A stretch of 14,077 bases of DNA. Origin: Candidatus Helarchaeota archaeon. GTDB lineage: Archaea > Asgardarchaeota > Lokiarchaeia > Helarchaeales > RDOG01. The position numbers and the translations under genes are program-made. Below are positions 1-8,413 of this stretch, one piece after another. Every line of letters starts with the position of its first letter. Position 1 is the stretch's first letter. Below the pieces are notes generated by a model that was not told the DNA's origin, did not search any database, and was given only the letters and a program-made list of their open reading frames with translations. Location of the stretch: positions 1 through 14,077 of the forward strand of contig JALGVI010000085.1 of assembly GCA_029838215.1 (NCBI GenBank), given 5' to 3'.

Positions 1-172
1 CACGAATTAATCCGAAAAAAAATCTTTAAAAAAGCTTAAGTCTCGAGAAAGATTAAGTAAAATGAAAAAGTCGGGCGAAAACGGTCAGCTCTGAATTTCT
101 GACCAGCCTAAAAATTAAATGAATTGGGAATTTTCTGGAAAATTCGAAAATGGAAATAGGAGCCCGAGTTAA

Positions 173-1141
173 ATGGTTTCATTTTATAAGGCAAAATTAC
201 TAATCATTGGACATAACGAAGAGCATAAAAGCGGAATTCTGAGGCTCCTATCCACTTCCATATTCCGTAGAGAGTATAAGAAAGTTATAGGCGTTGATAT
301 AGGTACGGTTCAATTCTACCACGGTGGAAAAGTTTTTATTTTTTCATTTTGGGATTGCCTGTGTGCAAGGAAGATTGATTTTTTTCGATCACAATTTTAT
401 AGGGGCGGTGATGCCCTAATAATCGTTCATTCCCAAGAGCACGAAGATGAGATTGACAAGCACGTAAAGGATGTAAAAGAGAAATGCGGAGATTTGCCAA
501 TCTTAAACATCTTCATTTCGGAAGGGGAAACGTTTGAGAACGCAATTGGCAAATTAAAAAACCCTGAAATGTATGAAAATAACAATGATGTTTTAGAATG
601 GATTGCAGATCAAGTCATGGAAAAATCGGAGTCTTCTGCAGAAAGAAATATCGTGATCCCAGTTTCGGAATTACCTGAACCGATTTTTTATCCCGATATT
701 TCACTGATGGAAAGCCATCCAGATCAATTAAAACCGATCTTGGAGCTCATTGGTTTTAAAACAACAGAGGAGAATGAAGTTCGGATAATGACAAGACAGG
801 CATTATTCTCAATTAGCCTTGAAACTGCTGATGTTTTCGTGACACCTTTGATTTGTGAATATTGTTCCAAAAAGTGTAAGAAAAAATCATCACAATATCT
901 ATGCATTGTCCCTGCAGGGATAGGATGGACCAATATTGCACAGTTATCACAAAAAGATTTTCTGATTTTATCGAAAATATATGCCCTATCGAGCCCAAGT
1001 CTAGAAGACTTACCTAAGGACGTGTTATCCCAGCTGAAACACCTGCTAACTTGTAAAAACTTTCAGCCAATTGATAAAAACACACCTAAATTACTTTTTG
1101 AAAAATTAAATCAGATTTCTTTAAATACCTTGATTGACTAA
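173..1141 (+). CDS. Rab-like small GTPase fold with degenerate G-motifs (probable pseudo-GTPase), fused to a Cys-rich C-terminal domain
   Basis: Rab-like order of motifs: KLLIIGHNEEHKS (G1-like), YKKVIGVDI (switch I, cf. YxxTIGVDF), FSFWDCLCARK (cf. WDTAGQERF), FYRGGDALIIV (cf. YYRGA). No NKxD. The C-terminal part has C-x2-C-x3-C-x8-C. Confidence 0.75.
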   Translation: MVSFYKAKLLIIGHNEEHKSGILRLLSTSIFRREYKKVIGVDIGTVQFYHGGKVFIFSFWDCLCARKIDFFRSQFYRGGDALIIVHSQEHEDEIDKHVKDVKEKCGDLPILNIFISEGETFENAIGKLKNPEMYENNNDVLEWIADQVMEKSESSAERNIVIPVSELPEPIFYPDISLMESHPDQLKPILELIGFKTTEENEVRIMTRQALFSISLETADVFVTPLICEYCSKKCKKKSSQYLCIVPAGIGWTNIAQLSQKDFLILSKIYALSSPSLEDLPKDVLSQLKHLLTCKNFQPIDKNTPKLLFEKLNQISLNTLID

Positions 1142-1189
1142 TTCTCTAACAGATTTCAAGTATGAATTTAAAAAAGGAGTCATCCGTCA

Positions 1190-1711
1190 ATGGATTTAAA
1201 AAATGAACTTAATTCAGATGATCCTAAACAAATGATAGAAAGAATGGTTGAAGAAGACAAGAAGGTGAGAAAAAAGGACCATCTATCATTCCAACAGGTA
1301 TTGCATACTTACATATTTGATTCGACCATAAAAGCCGAAATTTATGATTCAGATGCTCCAAATGCATCGAAAATTGTCGGAACTGTGCAATGGATTGGCG
1401 ACCGAAAAGATGACAAAAATGGCGTGGAATTTTTTATCAAAACTCGGTCTGACAAGAGTAATGTTTTACTGAGCGCAAATGAAACTCAAGAATTTGAGTA
1501 TGATCCTTTAAAACGCATCTTTAAAATTGTACAAGCATCACAAAAATGTCCGATTTGTAAAGGTATTATCTCTTCCCGACAAGAAACTATTAAATGCCCA
1601 AACTGTAATGTTATCGCCCATCGAGACGAATTCTTGGAATATTTAAAAGTCAATGGTTCCTGTCCGAGTTGTGGGGCCAAATTGAGCTTAAAGGGAAAAG
1701 CATCTTCTTAA
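1190..1711 (+). CDS. Protein with a C-terminal RING-variant zinc finger (putative E3-like)
   Basis: C-x2-C-x12-C-x2-C-x4-H-x2-E-x10-C-x2-C at the C-terminus, with Tyr at the usual RING Trp position. AGGAG SD upstream. Confidence 0.7.
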   Translation: MDLKNELNSDDPKQMIERMVEEDKKVRKKDHLSFQQVLHTYIFDSTIKAEIYDSDAPNASKIVGTVQWIGDRKDDKNGVEFFIKTRSDKSNVLLSANETQEFEYDPLKRIFKIVQASQKCPICKGIISSRQETIKCPNCNVIAHRDEFLEYLKVNGSCPSCGAKLSLKGKASS

Positions 1712-1716
1712 ATATA

Positions 1717-1758
1717 TTTCCTATTTTATTTTAGGTTTTATTTTATTTTTCTACTTTA
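1717..1758 (+). terminator. Oligo-T archaeal-type terminator region
   Basis: Repeated TTTTA/TTTTT tracts directly after the 1711 stop. Confidence 0.4.
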
Positions 1759-1804
1759 CTGATTTTAACAGAAACGTTTTTTTCGAAGCATATAACAACA
1801 TCAG

Positions 1805-1833
1805 CATGACACGAACATGATATCGACATGTCG
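1805..1833. promoter_or_regulatory. Candidate operator: three CATG at 11-bp spacing, ending in the palindrome CGACATGTCG
   Basis: CATG at 1805, 1816 and 1827; perfect 10-bp palindrome at 1824-1833; about 70 bp upstream of the RHH gene. Confidence 0.35.
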
Positions 1834-1905
1834 TTTCAATTTAATTCTTCAACCGAGAATCTTAATGACAAACCATAAAATAAAACATGTAAATGAGGTT
1901 TTCTC

Positions 1906-2049
1906 TTGAAATTAATTACACTTCATCTTCCAGAACAATATTTGTGTGAATTGGAGAAATTAATCACGGCTGATCGATATCCAAACCGAAGTGAGGCAAT
2001 TCGATTTGCAATCCGAGATTTATTAAAATCAGAGCTTTGGTCTCGTTAA
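1906..2049 (+). CDS. Ribbon-helix-helix (CopG/NikR-N/CdrS-like) DNA-binding protein, 47 aa; absent from the ORF track
   Basis: Manual translation from TTG: MKLITLHLPEQYLCELEKLITADRYPNRSEAIRFAIRDLLKSELWSR*. Alternating beta-strand plus PNRSEAIR RHH signature. SD GAGGT at 1895-1899. Confidence 0.87.
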   Translation: MKLITLHLPEQYLCELEKLITADRYPNRSEAIRFAIRDLLKSELWSR

Positions 2050-2353
2050 AGATAATTACAACAATCTCGATGGATTCCTGCCATATTGCGTTGATTTCTC
2101 GTCTCTCTTCTTATTTTTCTTTTATTATCTTGCAAAAGAGATAGCAAGTTATTTTTGAAACTCAAGCTTAAAAAAATCTGATTTCATCATGCAATAAAGT
2201 CGAGCAAGCTATCAAAGCATTTTGATCCAATGGAGATCAGTTCAAAAAAAATTTAGGAAATACTCGAAATTTTACACGTGAAATTCCCTCTCCTAAGCCA
2301 TTGATATAGAATTTTTGGATGATGTAATATGCAAGGAACATTAGGTGATTCGA

Positions 2354-2839
2354 ATGATTGAACTTGATGCCTTATCTCCTATGGAAACTGAGTTGACTCC
2401 TACCGATCTCAAGATTTTAAAAATCTTACAAAAAAATGCTCGTAAATCTTATCAAGACATTGCCTCCGAAATTGGTGGTGTGACCTCCGCTACAATTCGA
2501 AATCGGATGAATAGAATGAGCAAGATTGGAGTCATTAAATCATTTAAAGCCTGTATTAACCCATCTGCCTTGGGATATGATATAAAGGCATTCGTTGACA
2601 TATCTCTAACTGCACCAAAATATATTGGAAAAGTACATGAAATCATCAAGGCAATTCCTGGTGTTCATCAAATTTTCCCGTTCTCGGGACAATTTCAACT
2701 GCGCATTCAAGTATTTGCAAACACGATGCAGGACTATGGTAGAATCATCACGCGAATCTCACAGTTAGAAGAAGTCAGGGAAATCAAATCCGATATTATC
2801 ATGGATTTGCCTACGTTTCGGTCTGAGATTTCCCTTTAA
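2354..2839 (+). CDS. Lrp/AsnC family transcriptional regulator
   Basis: N-terminal HTH (DLKILKILQKNARKSYQDIA...TIRNRMNRMSKIGVIKSF) plus RAM domain. Start moved to ATG 2354 because the track's GTG at 2345 lies inside the SD AGGTGA (2343-2348). Confidence 0.92.
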   Translation: MIELDALSPMETELTPTDLKILKILQKNARKSYQDIASEIGGVTSATIRNRMNRMSKIGVIKSFKACINPSALGYDIKAFVDISLTAPKYIGKVHEIIKAIPGVHQIFPFSGQFQLRIQVFANTMQDYGRIITRISQLEEVREIKSDIIMDLPTFRSEISL

Positions 2840-2845
2840 TCTGCC

Positions 2846-3039
2846 TTTTCATTAAAAAACCCGATGTTTTTCAAAATTTCGCATTCTTCTTTTAAAATCA
2901 CGTTTTAATTTGGCACGGATCGTATTTATTTTCCGTAGGAAAAAATTAAATAAACTAAATGGAAGTTTGTGTAAAGATAATCCGACGAAAAGGTTGTTGA
3001 AAACTCACGTTTTCATTAAAAAAGACCTTTTAATTTGGC
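2846..3039. repeat. Exact short direct repeats in the lrp-mat intergenic region (promoter/operator candidates)
   Basis: TTTTCATTAAAAAA at 2846 and 3010; TCACGTTTT at 2898 and 3005; TTTTAATTTGGC at 2903 and 3028. Confidence 0.5.
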
Positions 3040-3076
3040 GGATTCATGCTGATTGATCATGATTAGGTGAATAGAA

Positions 3077-4288
3077 TTGGCAAAAATGATTCAAATTGAA
3101 CAATGGAAACAAGGATCTATTGAAGACCTTGACATGGAAATGGTCGAACGAAAAGGGAGAGGACATCCTGATACGTTGTGCGATGCTGCCGTTGAAACCC
3201 TTAGTCGTAAATTATCGCGTTATTATTTAGATCATTACGGTTTGATTTTACACCATAACGTGGATAAATGTTCTCTTGCTGGAGGAAGATCTGAACCCAA
3301 ACTTGGTGGCGGAGAAGTACTTGAACCCATATACATGTGTGTTATCGGACGAGCCACGGTGGACGTGTTAAAGGGAAACCAAATTGATAGAGTTCCAATC
3401 GGAATTTTGACTCGTGAAGCTGTTTTAGAAACATTTGAAGAAAGTGTCCGTAATTTAAAGACGAGAGATCATTTACAGATTGATTCGAAGGTCCACTCCG
3501 GATCTGGAGATCTCGTGGGCTTATTCGATCATAAGGATGAAATTCCCTTCGCCAACGACACGTCATTTGGTGTTTCTTATGCTCCATTTTCCGAAACCGA
3601 GAATCTCGTCTATCAAACAGAACAATATCTCCTTTCTGATAAAATTTTGAAAAAGATTCCTGCTATTGGAGAAGATATTAAAGTCATGGGACTACGCCAA
3701 GGAAAGAAAATTAAATTAACAATAGCCACGGCAATGGTGGCAAAAGAATGCCCTGATATTGGTGCTTACGTTCAGGCAAAAAAGGATATTGAAAATACTG
3801 TCTTAGACCTTGCCTCGAATTTAACAGCATATGAAGTTGAAGTCGATGTGAACCAAGCTGACATCATTGATAAAGGAATTGTTTATATCACGGTAACCGG
3901 TACATCTGCAGAATGCGGTGATGATGGTCAAGTTGGACGTGGCAACCGCGTGAATGGTTTAATTACTCCCTGTCGTCCGATGAGCTTAGAAGCATCTGCA
4001 GGAAAAAATCCTGTTTCTCATGTTGGCAAGATCTATAATGTCTTAGCAGGAGTAATTGCACAAAAAATCGTTGATGGATCTGATGCCAAGGAAGCATATG
4101 TTCGAATTTTATCACAAATCGGTAAGCCCATCACGGAGCCATTAGTTGCTCATGCAAGCGTTCTCGTGGACGAAGGCGTGGCTTGGAACACCGTTCAAAA
4201 TGACGCCGAAGCAATCGTGGAAACCGAGCTTAAAAACGTTTGTGACCTTACGAAAGCATTCCTTGAGCGAAAAGTAACCCTCTATTAA
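3077..4288 (+). CDS. mat: Archaeal-type S-adenosylmethionine synthetase
   Basis: Motifs VERKGRGHPDTLCD, DTSFGV, GEDIKVMGLR, GRGNRVNGLITP, GKNPVSHVGKIYN. TTG start 6 nt after SD AGGTGA. Confidence 0.97.
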   Translation: MAKMIQIEQWKQGSIEDLDMEMVERKGRGHPDTLCDAAVETLSRKLSRYYLDHYGLILHHNVDKCSLAGGRSEPKLGGGEVLEPIYMCVIGRATVDVLKGNQIDRVPIGILTREAVLETFEESVRNLKTRDHLQIDSKVHSGSGDLVGLFDHKDEIPFANDTSFGVSYAPFSETENLVYQTEQYLLSDKILKKIPAIGEDIKVMGLRQGKKIKLTIATAMVAKECPDIGAYVQAKKDIENTVLDLASNLTAYEVEVDVNQADIIDKGIVYITVTGTSAECGDDGQVGRGNRVNGLITPCRPMSLEASAGKNPVSHVGKIYNVLAGVIAQKIVDGSDAKEAYVRILSQIGKPITEPLVAHASVLVDEGVAWNTVQNDAEAIVETELKNVCDLTKAFLERKVTLY

Positions 4289-4313
4289 TTCCTTTCTTCT
4301 TTTTCTCTTAATC
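4289..4313 (+). terminator. Pyrimidine/T-rich terminator between convergent genes
   Basis: TTCCTTTCTTCTTTTTCTCT directly after the mat stop. Confidence 0.4.
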
Positions 4314-5450
4314 TTAATGTACTTTATATCTATTTCGAATAATTGTTGCAGCTTTTTCTTGAATCGTTAAAAGCTCTTTTACGACTCGTTCTCCTTCTTC
4401 TGGTGTTGGAATGGTAAAGCTCTTGAAGCCGCACTGTGGCGTCAATAAGGATTGCTTGAGGAATTGTTGCACGTCTATCTCTTTTTCTTTTACCTGTTCC
4501 AACACGTATTCTATATCATCAACGATATTCGAAACACTTGGAACGTATTGAATCAGATCAAGGTCTCTATCGCTCAGAATTTCACCATTTTCCCGTCCTA
4601 CCAATTCTTCTGGCGTGTTTGGAATGAGCCCTAATGCAAATCCATTTCCGTGCTCAATAAATTCTCGTAAAAGTGATATGTCGGCAAGACGAATTGTTTC
4701 TTTATAATTTCTACAGTCGAAGTTAATGTAATTTACTGGCAATTTCAAGAGAAAATCCAAACTGGATACAGGGTCCGAGCAAAGATGAATTCCCGACTTC
4801 ACGGGGATTTTTTTGATGACTTTTTCCAAAGCATCACGTGTTTTTTCTAGTCCAAGTTCATCAAACACCAACGGAAATAACGGCTCATCAACGAAAAAAA
4901 TTGCGTTCTCAGAAGACCCCGTGACCACATGAGCGAAACGTCCTAGTTTTGATGCCAATGTATTACATAACTCAGCGGCAAAATTCACGAGCGAATTGAA
5001 GAAATATTCGACGTGTAAAAGTCTCTTTCCAATGGGATGTACGATTATAGAATATGCCTCAGAGAGAGGTCCCGTTACTTCACCCTTTACAGCTTTAATT
5101 TTCAAATTTCTTTCTTCAATCAATCTTCGCAGGACTTTAAACATGGGGTAGGTATGCGTTGGCAAGGAAACTCCGGGTGGCAATAGGAGCCGGGCTTTGA
5201 GATCCACTTCATCAACGAATCTTTGAAATTCCCTTTCCACCGTAGGATCCGTTAAATCTAAAATTACGGAGTCTTTTTCCTTGCGGATGCCTGGGATGAC
5301 ATTATAACATTTTAGAATCATGTCATCTACTCGCCGTTGTGCATAATAAGGAACTGTAATGCCCGAATCAAGAATGTCCCTCATTATAATCTCTTCATCA
5401 TTAATTGGATGAGAACCAACACCCGTAGTAAAAAAATTCGTCGAATCCAC
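4314..5450 (-). CDS. Core (single-domain) cobalamin-independent methionine synthase-like protein, MetE C-terminal/MesB-like
   Basis: TTGVGSHP, VKGEVTGP, FFVDEP, Zn ligands GIHLC and LTPQCG; no N-terminal folate-binding half. Start moved to GTG 5450 to remove the overlap with the upstream gene. Confidence 0.8.
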   Translation of the reverse strand: MDSTNFFTTGVGSHPINDEEIIMRDILDSGITVPYYAQRRVDDMILKCYNVIPGIRKEKDSVILDLTDPTVEREFQRFVDEVDLKARLLLPPGVSLPTHTYPMFKVLRRLIEERNLKIKAVKGEVTGPLSEAYSIIVHPIGKRLLHVEYFFNSLVNFAAELCNTLASKLGRFAHVVTGSSENAIFFVDEPLFPLVFDELGLEKTRDALEKVIKKIPVKSGIHLCSDPVSSLDFLLKLPVNYINFDCRNYKETIRLADISLLREFIEHGNGFALGLIPNTPEELVGRENGEILSDRDLDLIQYVPSVSNIVDDIEYVLEQVKEKEIDVQQFLKQSLLTPQCGFKSFTIPTPEEGERVVKELLTIQEKAATIIRNRYKVH

Positions 5451-5469
5451 GTCCCGATTAAATTCAAAG

Positions 5470-5679
5470 TTAGATTGCGCCAGTACCAAAGAAAACCATG
5501 AAAAAATGAATCGAAACACTAATGCAAATAATGGTAATGATGGCTGCTATGAACGTATTTCTACGAGAATATCTGATACCAACTTCAACGTGCAGGATCA
5601 AGTATATTCCTGCACAAATACCTAAAATCAAGAAAAAAATCGCAAAGAAAGGTATTCCCACGTATAACCACAATACCAT
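5470..5679 (-). CDS. Small two-TM membrane protein (69 aa), hypothetical
   Basis: Two hydrophobic stretches separated by RYSRRN. ATG 5679 is preceded by SD GAGGT; the stop lies 19 nt before the synthase start. Confidence 0.7.
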   Translation of the reverse strand: MVLWLYVGIPFFAIFFLILGICAGIYLILHVEVGIRYSRRNTFIAAIITIICISVSIHFFMVFFGTGAI

Positions 5680-5815
5680 TATGCAATCAACCTCAAGAGT
5701 CACTTATTTAGTTTTAAATAAATTTTTTGGAACACGTGGTTTACGATCAATCGACTTATTAAAGCTCAGATGATCAAAATACTCGACTAAACGAAATAAG
5801 AAGGATGAAATAATC

Positions 5816-6877
5816 ATGGACAACCATGAAAAAATCAAATCCATATTTGAAGCCCCGGGTATTGCAGGACAAGAACAGCAGATCCGGTCTCTTTTAAAAT
5901 CATCTGTTGAAAATCTCGTGGATGAAGTTCACGTCGATGCCTTGGGCAATTTGCTTGCATTTAAAGTCGGCATCTCGAGAAAACCAGTCATCATGATTGC
6001 AGCTCACATGGATTCAATTGGATTCATGATAAATTATATCGATGAAAATGGCTTTTTACGCATCGTGCCTGTAGGAGGAATCAGCGAGCGAATCTTGCCA
6101 TCATCTCGTCTTTTAATTTACTCTAGAAAAGCAAAAACGCCGATCCTTGGTGTCATCGGAGAAAAAGCAATTCATTTAATGGACTCGGAAGAACGAAAGA
6201 AATTATCCAAGATGGAAGATTTATTCGTGGACATCGGCGTGAATAGCAAAGAAGAAGCCGAGAAATTCGTTTCGATTGGTGATTTCGCGATCTTTCAACA
6301 GACATGTGAAAAATTATTGGGAAATAGAATCGTTTCGAAATCATTGGATGACCGAGTAGGTTGCATTGTTGGTTTAAAAACACTTGAAATGCTAAAAACC
6401 AACGAACATCAGGCAGACATCGTCATGGTCTTTACAGTTCAAGAAGAAATCGGAACTCGTGGTGCCATCACTTCTGCCTTCAAAGTAAATCCTGATTTGG
6501 CATTCGTGTTGGAAGTGAATCACGGCGTTGATTTTCCAGGCTCAAAGAAAGAAAAGGACGGGGATGTCAAGCTGGGTGGCGGTCCAAAAATAACGTTGGG
6601 ACCAAACATTCATCCCAAGCTCTCACGGCTATTGATTGATACTGCAGAGAAAAATAAAATACCATATCAGGTCGGCGTGGTACCAAGACCTCTCCCAAAT
6701 GATGGACGATCCATTCAAGTGAGTCGCGAAGGCGTGGCAACAGCACTCATTGGAGTTCCATTGCGATACATGCATACCACCTCAGAAGTCGTCGATCTCA
6801 ACGATGTTGAAAATGCCGCCAAATTGCTAGCTAAAACAATTCAAAAGATCGATGAGAATCTTGACCTAAAGTTGTAG
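5816..6877 (+). CDS. M42 family (TET-type) metallo-aminopeptidase
   Basis: IAAHMDSIG, SKSLDDRVG, VQEEIGTRGA and RYMHT metal/catalytic motifs. Confidence 0.95.
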   Translation: MDNHEKIKSIFEAPGIAGQEQQIRSLLKSSVENLVDEVHVDALGNLLAFKVGISRKPVIMIAAHMDSIGFMINYIDENGFLRIVPVGGISERILPSSRLLIYSRKAKTPILGVIGEKAIHLMDSEERKKLSKMEDLFVDIGVNSKEEAEKFVSIGDFAIFQQTCEKLLGNRIVSKSLDDRVGCIVGLKTLEMLKTNEHQADIVMVFTVQEEIGTRGAITSAFKVNPDLAFVLEVNHGVDFPGSKKEKDGDVKLGGGPKITLGPNIHPKLSRLLIDTAEKNKIPYQVGVVPRPLPNDGRSIQVSREGVATALIGVPLRYMHTTSEVVDLNDVENAAKLLAKTIQKIDENLDLKL

Positions 6878-7060
6878 ATTTACTCGATTTCAAGCCCGAG
6901 ATCATGAAATAAGCCATTTTTTCAATTTTCCAAGATCAAGGTACTTTTATGTTAGCCGTGATCTGTTTCTCATCTTGCAGATCTTTTTAGGCAACATAAG
7001 CAATTGATTCATAATGGGAATTGGAGGGAATAATACTCAAAGGATAAAGGTGATTTCGCA

Positions 7061-7276
7061 ATGGCATCAAATCGCCCAAAAAGAGCTTCAAATTGCACGA
7101 AAGAGGTCTTAACATTACTTGAGACAGCCCCGCAAACTTCCAAATCCCTTGAAAACCAGTCCAGATATAAAGGGAGAACTATCCGATTAGTGTTAAAAAA
7201 ACTCTTGGATGCTAAAGTCGTGCGAAGGATACCAAATTTCGAAGACCTCAGGCAATATTATTATATTTTAAATTAA
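7061..7276 (+). CDS. Small winged-HTH DNA-binding protein (Lrs14/MarR-like), paralog of 8700..8924
   Basis: RTIRLVLKKLL recognition helix and PNFEDLRQYYY wing. SD AGGTGA. Confidence 0.85.
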   Translation: MASNRPKRASNCTKEVLTLLETAPQTSKSLENQSRYKGRTIRLVLKKLLDAKVVRRIPNFEDLRQYYYILN

Positions 7277-7402
7277 TTTTTTTTATTTTAACTAAGTTTT
7301 TCTGATCTTTTCGACTTTTTAGTGAAATGCTGGAAAGATATTAATTTGGCTCGAGAAAACTTTTTATTACGTCTAACCAAATAATATATTGGGTGACACT
7401 GC

Positions 7403-7834
7403 GTGATTGAAACAGGATATGAAAAAATCCTAGGAATACCGAGCATGCAATCAATTCTCGAATTTTTAAGTGTTTATAATAGGCTTTCCATAAAGGATCT
7501 TAAATTATTTACTGGATTCTCCGCACGTACTATCCACGACAACCTAAAATTGCTAAAAGATCATGACATGATCATTCAGAATAAACGAGGCGTTTATGAA
7601 CTCTCTAATTCAAGAGTCGTTCAATTATTAGCGAAATTCTATGAGCAAATCGTGATCGAACAGATCGGTAACAGGTTGCAAGAAATCACTGCAAAAATTG
7701 ATGACAAAAGAACCAATGAAAACTTAGAAGCGGATCTAAACATTTTAGAAAAAATGTATGAACATTGGAAGCCCGTATTTGACAAATATTTCCCATCAGC
7801 AATTCAGACTATTCTTTTATCATCAAAAAAATAG
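7403..7834 (+). CDS. Winged-HTH regulator (ArsR-like fold) with a helical C-terminal extension
   Basis: SIKDLKLFTGFSARTIHDNLKLLKDHDMI...RGVYEL. GTG start 6 nt after SD GGGTGA. Confidence 0.8.
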   Translation: MIETGYEKILGIPSMQSILEFLSVYNRLSIKDLKLFTGFSARTIHDNLKLLKDHDMIIQNKRGVYELSNSRVVQLLAKFYEQIVIEQIGNRLQEITAKIDDKRTNENLEADLNILEKMYEHWKPVFDKYFPSAIQTILLSSKK

Positions 7835-7843
7835 GCTAGACCA

Positions 7844-8413
7844 TTGCGAAGAGATCCTACTTCCGAAAAAACATATTCTATGGCAGTTCAACTCATCGAA
7901 AAATCCTTAAATCGAAAAATCAGAAAAATTCAGCTTTTAAATATGACAAAAAGAGAGATTGAAACAATATTGGGAATACGTAAGATATTTTTAGATGCTT
8001 TTAAAGGTTTTTATTTTCCAAAAACTGATAAAATTTATATTGTGGATGGGAATGAAGAAGATCTCCAAACATTGGTACACGAAACCTTGCATTCAAATTC
8101 AATCTTTCACCATGAAAATTCTCCAATTTGGCTATATGAAGGAATGACAAAGGCCTTAACCGAATTTGTTATGTTAAAAACCCATAATTCGATTCAATCT
8201 GATCTTTACTTGAAAGAAGAGAAAGAATTCTGGGCGAGGTTAATCAAAACTAATCAGGATATTATTGTTGAAGCCTATTTCTCAGAGAATTTAATGCTTG
8301 CACTAAATCTGTTAAAAAAGATTTTTAATATCGAAGAAAACATCGTGGATTTAAATTTTAACGATGTCAAAAATCTGTCCAATAATCGTTTTTTTATTGG
8401 AAATGGGCAATGA
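7844..8413 (+). CDS. Gluzincin-like (clan MA) HExxH zinc metallopeptidase; start uncertain (TTG 7844 or ATG 7880)
   Basis: GFYFP...IYI...TLVHETLH followed 15 residues later by the E of PIWLYEGMT. No signal peptide. 9 nt after the wHTH gene. Confidence 0.75.
   Translation: MRRDPTSEKTYSMAVQLIEKSLNRKIRKIQLLNMTKREIETILGIRKIFLDAFKGFYFPKTDKIYIVDGNEEDLQTLVHETLHSNSIFHHENSPIWLYEGMTKALTEFVMLKTHNSIQSDLYLKEEKEFWARLIKTNQDIIVEAYFSENLMLALNLLKKIFNIEENIVDLNFNDVKNLSNNRFFIGNGQ

Noticed and set aside
73-109. Small hairpin GGTCAG/CTGACC upstream of the first gene
   Set aside because: The core stem is only 6 bp, with no resemblance to a known RNA; expected by chance.
2840-3076. SAM riboswitch in the mat leader
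   Set aside because: No SAM-I/II/III consensus elements are visible; only a weak 5-bp hairpin (2915-2936).
5451-5519. N-terminal extension MFRFIFSWFSLVLAQ of the synthase that looks like a signal peptide
   Set aside because: It overlaps the upstream membrane gene in another frame; family homology begins near TTGVGS, so GTG 5450 is preferred.
724-5773. Track ORFs 724..933, 813..998, 1486..1680, 2452..2649, 3342..3587, 4452..4634 and 5522..5773
   Set aside because: Each is antisense to a well-supported gene and has no recognisable motif.
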